Part shown: one piece after another, positions 35,053-38,539 of the stretch
How positions within the stretch are numbered: the stretch's first letter is position 1
Layout of the letters: every line of letters starts with the position of its first letter
Origin: a virus
Taxonomy: Duplodnaviria; Caudoviricetes
IMG/VR virus record: IMGVR_UViG_3300048896_000102
Coordinates: 1-38,539 of that record
Length of the DNA: 38,539 nt
Reading direction: 5' to 3' (one strand)
The notes under the pieces: generated by a model
What the model was told of the DNA's origin: nothing
Seen by the model: the letters and a program-made list of their open reading frames with translations, nothing else
Databases searched by the model: none
Translations under genes and position numbers: made by a program

Positions 35053-35958
35053 TTATAGCGCTACTCTCCTAGGGCTGAATTTGTTGAAGTTGTCTTCAAG
35101 ACTCTTGCTTGAGAAGTGGGTGTAACGCTGAGTTGAGTTAATGCTAGCGTGCCCTAACACTTCTTGAATTGTCCTTAGGTCTGCTCCTTCATCTAGAAAA
35201 TGCGTAGCGCAGGCATGCCGTAAAGTATGCGTACTCACATAATCCAAACCTATAGCCTCAGCGTAAGCCTGCACGGTTTTGCATAAGTAAGACCTGTTCA
35301 TTTGTCTATCCTGTATAGTCAAGAACAGCCATCCCGGTTCTTTTCCTCTGCATAGATCTATATATTCTCGAATCCAATGTCTAGCCACTTCATTGATTGG
35401 CACGGTTCTTGTCTTATCTCGTTTTCCCTCAGAGATATGTACGCTCGTGTCCGTCACATCTTGTAATCTCAAGTCACAGAGTTCGCTTGCGCGAAGTCCG
35501 CTCGAGTAAAGCAGCTCGAGCATGGCCCTGTCCCGACAACCTACCCAAGTTTCCGTATCCGGTTGAGCTAGCAGGCGTTCGATGTCGTCGCGAGTTGGCA
35601 CTTGGATAACCTTTGTCTTAGCAGGCGGTTTATCTACGTCATCCATCAAGTCTAAGGCTACAAGTTTTCGCTTTTTTAGGAACTTGACTAAGCTGCGTAT
35701 GCCCATATAGTAGCGCTGGACTGTGGTTCCTTTTAGTCCTTTCTGCTTGCAGTGTGCTAAGTAGCCGGTTATGTGTACATCTCTAAGCCTTTTGCTTGAG
35801 TTCACGCCTTTTTCTGTTATGTAGTTAAAGAAGGATATGCAGTCTAAGGTGTATCCAGAGACTGTTTTTTCATTTAAGCCTTTATTTATCAAGAACTCAG
35901 TGAATTCCGGTACGATCGTTTTCGTCCAATGTAAACTTTTGTGGGTCGCTGTTTTCAT
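35053..35958 (-). CDS. XerC/XerD-like tyrosine recombinase
   Basis: RDRAMLELLYSSGLRASEL, GK..K.R.VP, HTLRHACATH, GADLRTIQEVLGH, TQRYTH; 301 aa, no arm-binding domain. Confidence 0.93.
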   Translation of the reverse strand: MKTATHKSLHWTKTIVPEFTEFLINKGLNEKTVSGYTLDCISFFNYITEKGVNSSKRLRDVHITGYLAHCKQKGLKGTTVQRYYMGIRSLVKFLKKRKLVALDLMDDVDKPPAKTKVIQVPTRDDIERLLAQPDTETWVGCRDRAMLELLYSSGLRASELCDLRLQDVTDTSVHISEGKRDKTRTVPINEVARHWIREYIDLCRGKEPGWLFLTIQDRQMNRSYLCKTVQAYAEAIGLDYVSTHTLRHACATHFLDEGADLRTIQEVLGHASINSTQRYTHFSSKSLEDNFNKFSPRRVAL

Positions 35959-36139
35959 CTAAGATTTCCCTCTTGCTTCGTCTTGATTTATATAAATAGT
36001 CGCAGTACTGACATATAATGCTGCTGATAGTTAGCTGTTTGTCTTCCGCTAGGTGTTTCAGCATGTTGTAGTACTGTATCGGCAGCCTTATGTTTAGCTG
36101 TCTGTTTCCGTAAACACGGTATTTGTCTTGAAGTGGCAT
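35897..36139 (-). CDS. RHH/CopG-like DNA-binding protein
   Basis: QLNIRLP...YNMLKHLAEDKQLTISSII. Confidence 0.65.
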   Translation of the reverse strand: MPLQDKYRVYGNRQLNIRLPIQYYNMLKHLAEDKQLTISSIICQYCDYLYKSRRSKREILDENSDPQKFTLDENDRTGIH

Positions 36140-36281
36140 TCTCGAGCTCCTTTTCTAGTTTTCTTATGTTATCTTCTAATCTTTTAATCAGGCTAAGTGC
36201 TAGCCTGTCAGTTCGTTTTTCTGCGAGTCTTGCTTGCAGTATCTCGCGTTCATTGTCTAGTGTGTGTTTAAGTCTAAGCAT
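35988..36281 (-). CDS. Hypothetical coiled-coil protein
   Basis: AGGAG RBS; long tail overlaps the RHH gene. Confidence 0.5.
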   Translation of the reverse strand: MLRLKHTLDNEREILQARLAEKRTDRLALSLIKRLEDNIRKLEKELENATSRQIPCLRKQTAKHKAADTVLQHAETPSGRQTANYQQHYMSVLRLFI

Positions 36282-36334
36282 TTTGCTCCTGTTTATTCAG
36301 CCGTGATAGTGGCCTTTGTTTATTTTCAGCGTGG

Positions 36335-36556
36335 TTAATTGTTAAAAATTCTGTCTATCGTAGAGTCGTATACCGCTCCGTCTGTGTCTTTGTATAACGT
36401 GTATACCGAAATTGGCCTGTGAATGCTAACCAGGTCATCCTTCAATTCCCTTGCTCTTAAATCCGCTTCTTTCGAGGCTTCTTCAACTGAATTTGCATAA
36501 ATATAACCAAACCATCGAGTTTCTTCACTAAACTCTAAGTAATATCTTTCTTTCAT
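36335..36556 (-). CDS. Hypothetical protein
   Basis: AAGGA RBS; IYANSVEEA motif seen in small phage proteins. Confidence 0.6.
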   Translation of the reverse strand: MKERYYLEFSEETRWFGYIYANSVEEASKEADLRARELKDDLVSIHRPISVYTLYKDTDGAVYDSTIDRIFNN

Positions 36557-36577
36557 ACTGTTCCTTTTTTTGTTCTT

Positions 36578-36709
36578 TTATTTTACCATTTTTGTAACCA
36601 AGTAGCACAGTCCCATAGACACAATCACCTTTGATATTCTCTCGAACGGATCAACTTTCACTGTAGCGAAAAATAATGGTGCCCAAAATCCCATAATGTA
36701 AACCAACAT
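36578..36709 (-). CDS. Small membrane protein (43 aa, not in ORF track)
   Basis: MLVYIMGFWAPLFFATVKVDPFERISKVIVSMGLCYLVTKMVK; AAGGGG RBS. Confidence 0.45.
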   Translation of the reverse strand: MLVYIMGFWAPLFFATVKVDPFERISKVIVSMGLCYLVTKMVK

Positions 36710-36756
36710 TTAAAACACCCCTTGTTCGTAGTCTCTGCATTTAGCGTATATCGTGT

Positions 36757-37173
36757 TTATTCTGTTCTTTCTTTATTCAGTTTCATAAAACAATCGACCA
36801 TGTGATAAATAAGTTCTTTCATGTACGATTGCCCTGTCGCTATTCTAGAAAGTAGTTTGTTGTCTTCACTTCCTAGTTCCTCATAGGCTTCGTCACATTG
36901 GGCGATAGCGTAGCTGTTGTGCAACCATTCGATCAGATCGTTGTTGTATATGTCGGCCTCAATGCTGATATCATAAATGTCGTTTTCCTCTAACGATTCA
37001 AAGGCTTCAAAAATCGTTTCGTATAGCCAATCGTTAGGTAGTCCGCATTCGAAAGCAATATGGGTTACACGCAGCAAGCTTTTTAAATCTTCCGGAGCTT
37101 CATTAGTCAGGCAAGTAAAAGCGTTGCCTGTATCTACTCTTGTTTTTTGTTCAAAGTATTGACTGTATTTCAT
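36757..37173 (-). CDS. Acidic protein, possible Ocr-like DNA mimic
   Basis: EADIYNNDLIEWL; strongly acidic core; start MKYSQ at 37173 coupled to the upstream stop. Confidence 0.55.
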   Translation of the reverse strand: MKYSQYFEQKTRVDTGNAFTCLTNEAPEDLKSLLRVTHIAFECGLPNDWLYETIFEAFESLEENDIYDISIEADIYNNDLIEWLHNSYAIAQCDEAYEELGSEDNKLLSRIATGQSYMKELIYHMVDCFMKLNKERTE

Positions 37174-37412
37174 GCGTATACCCTTCGTGTTTGTGTTACG
37201 CCTGCAAGGTATTTTACAACACACTCAAAGCTTTTAAGTTGATGTTTTTTTTGATCCAAGCTCTTCTCGAGGTATCTTGCAGCCTCGAGTTCGTTGCTTC
37301 TGCGCATGAGTTTTATGTTTTGCTCAATCTCAAAAATCGAGTGCTCGAGAGAACCGATTATGTTTTGATGATGCAAAAGTATTGTGTCTTCAAATAGGTC
37401 GTTTATGCTCAT
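37170..37412 (-). CDS. Hypothetical helical protein
   Basis: ATGA-coupled on both sides. Confidence 0.6.
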   Translation of the reverse strand: MSINDLFEDTILLHHQNIIGSLEHSIFEIEQNIKLMRRSNELEAARYLEKSLDQKKHQLKSFECVVKYLAGVTQTRRVYA

Positions 37413-37690
37413 AGTTCTACCTGTTTGTACGTTAAGAGTAATCTTCGAGGGATATCGTTCAATTCACATGCAGGAGCGTATATTTTAACATAGCCATTGT
37501 CAAACTCATACTCACTAGCTCTTGGAAAGTTTAACCAAGAGTTTGTTCCGTCTTGAGTCAAGAAACATACGCTGTTAGCTTGAACTTTAACGACTATTCT
37601 GTCGCCTGATCTGTTTTCGTTTAGGACGTGGATGCAGTTCCAGACTGATCCTACTTTGAGGGCTCGCTTGAATTCAGCTAATGTTTTCAT
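37409..37690 (-). CDS. Hypothetical protein, first gene of the leftward operon
   Basis: AGGTG RBS; MKTLAEFKRALKVG...SWL.FPRASE. Confidence 0.7.
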   Translation of the reverse strand: MKTLAEFKRALKVGSVWNCIHVLNENRSGDRIVVKVQANSVCFLTQDGTNSWLNFPRASEYEFDNGYVKIYAPACELNDIPRRLLLTYKQVEL

Positions 37691-37891
37691 GTTTTCACCT
37701 GTTCACAGAGGGTTTTTGTTTGTTCGTTTATCGAGGCCTAGACTGCTACAAACTGCTAGCACGTTTAAGCTAGATATCAGCGAGACCGTAAAGGCTAAGA
37801 TAACACTCGTTTAGCTTGCTCTCCACACTAGAGACTTTTTGTTAAATCACGTTTAACTTTGGGTCGGATGTGTATTGCTCGCTAAATGACT

Positions 37892-37920
37892 AGTATAGCT
37901 AGCTAGCTAGCTTTTAGCAA
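37892..37920 (-). promoter_or_regulatory. Leftward promoter with an (AGCT)4 palindromic spacer
   Basis: TTGCTA-17 nt-TATACT; AGCTAGCTAGCTAGCT at 37897-37912. Confidence 0.6.
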
Positions 37921-37934
37921 GTTCAAAGAAATAC

Positions 37935-38423
37935 TTGATAGCAAATAAATTAGCTGATAGTGTTATGTCAGAGTGTTTTAAAAATTTAAATGATAGGTTA
38001 CAAATGGTGCAGAGAACGAAAAACTTTAAAGAGGTCAAAAACCGAATGGCTAGTGATGCCGGTTATCGTCAAAGTGTGTTTAAATCGCTGTTGAAACACG
38101 TACGGGATGGGTACAGTTTAGACGCCTTCAATTTATTGAGTTTATATTCTATTGAGGCAGCCATAAAAGCCTATCCCGATGAGTTCTGCGTGGAGGAACT
38201 CGAGGCTGCTCAGCGTGACGCAAAGTGCTTCTGGGAGGGTCTAGGCAGGAAACAGAGCGATGGCACGTGCATGGGAAACAGTCGATCGTGGTACTATAAC
38301 ATGTCCAACCGTTACAAATGGACTGATCGAGTGCAGGCCGAAGTCGAACATAAAGGCAACCTAAACGTATCAATAATTAATTACATGGATAGTAACAGGG
38401 CTGACGATGATGTAACAGAGTAG
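37935..38423 (+). CDS. Terminase small subunit (probable)
   Basis: GYSLDAF HTH-like segment, YPDEF, FWE..GR...N...W.YNM.NRY.W.D, C-terminal VEHKGNLNVSIINY; exact start uncertain. Confidence 0.7.
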   Translation: MIANKLADSVMSECFKNLNDRLQMVQRTKNFKEVKNRMASDAGYRQSVFKSLLKHVRDGYSLDAFNLLSLYSIEAAIKAYPDEFCVEELEAAQRDAKCFWEGLGRKQSDGTCMGNSRSWYYNMSNRYKWTDRVQAEVEHKGNLNVSIINYMDSNRADDDVTE

Positions 38424-38539
38424 TTAACTACTAATGACTATTATGTGTACTACGTATTCAAATCTTTAATACTATGTTTCAATAAGCAAAACAAATCTGA
38501 AATTAAAGAAAAGTTTACACACAAAGGGGGGCTTACCCC
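38413..38539. repeat. Terminal direct repeat, right copy
   Basis: Identical to 1-127. Confidence 0.95.

Noticed and set aside
1-38539. Alternative genetic code or stop-codon recoding
   Set aside because: Core genes are uninterrupted in the standard bacterial code and TAA, TAG and TGA all end genes

Overview
The window is a complete, circularly assembled ~38.4 kb tailed-phage genome: positions 1-127 are repeated exactly at 38413-38539, which most likely reflects an assembler k-mer overlap. It has a podovirus-like virion module (terminase, P22-like portal, scaffold, N4-gp56-type major capsid protein, adaptor, nozzle, three probable ejection proteins and several Thr/Gly/Ser-rich fibre proteins). 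It also carries plasmid-type maintenance genes: ParA plus an RHH protein flanked by helically phased repeats, a Phd/YefM antitoxin with a truncated RelE-like toxin, a XerD-like recombinase, and an initiator gene with internal iterons and a convergently transcribed leader. It therefore looks like a phage-plasmid. Replication and recombination genes include ERF, a PD-(D/E)XK nuclease, an SF4 helicase, an SSB-like protein, RusA and an apparently inactive RusA paralog. The ~7 kb accessory block between terS and terL holds the most unusual signals: a DUF5565/RLIG1-like RNA ligase, a PseT-type HAD phosphatase, a tRNA-like gene whose anticodon arm is replaced by a long hairpin, a normal tRNA-Thr(TGT), an outer-membrane beta-barrel and a candidate sRNA with a consensus promoter. 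No endolysin or holin is recognisable. Recalled similarity of the XerD, ParA and OMP suggests an environmental Chlamydiae or similar intracellular host, but this is an untested inference. All family assignments come from motif recognition by eye, not database searches.
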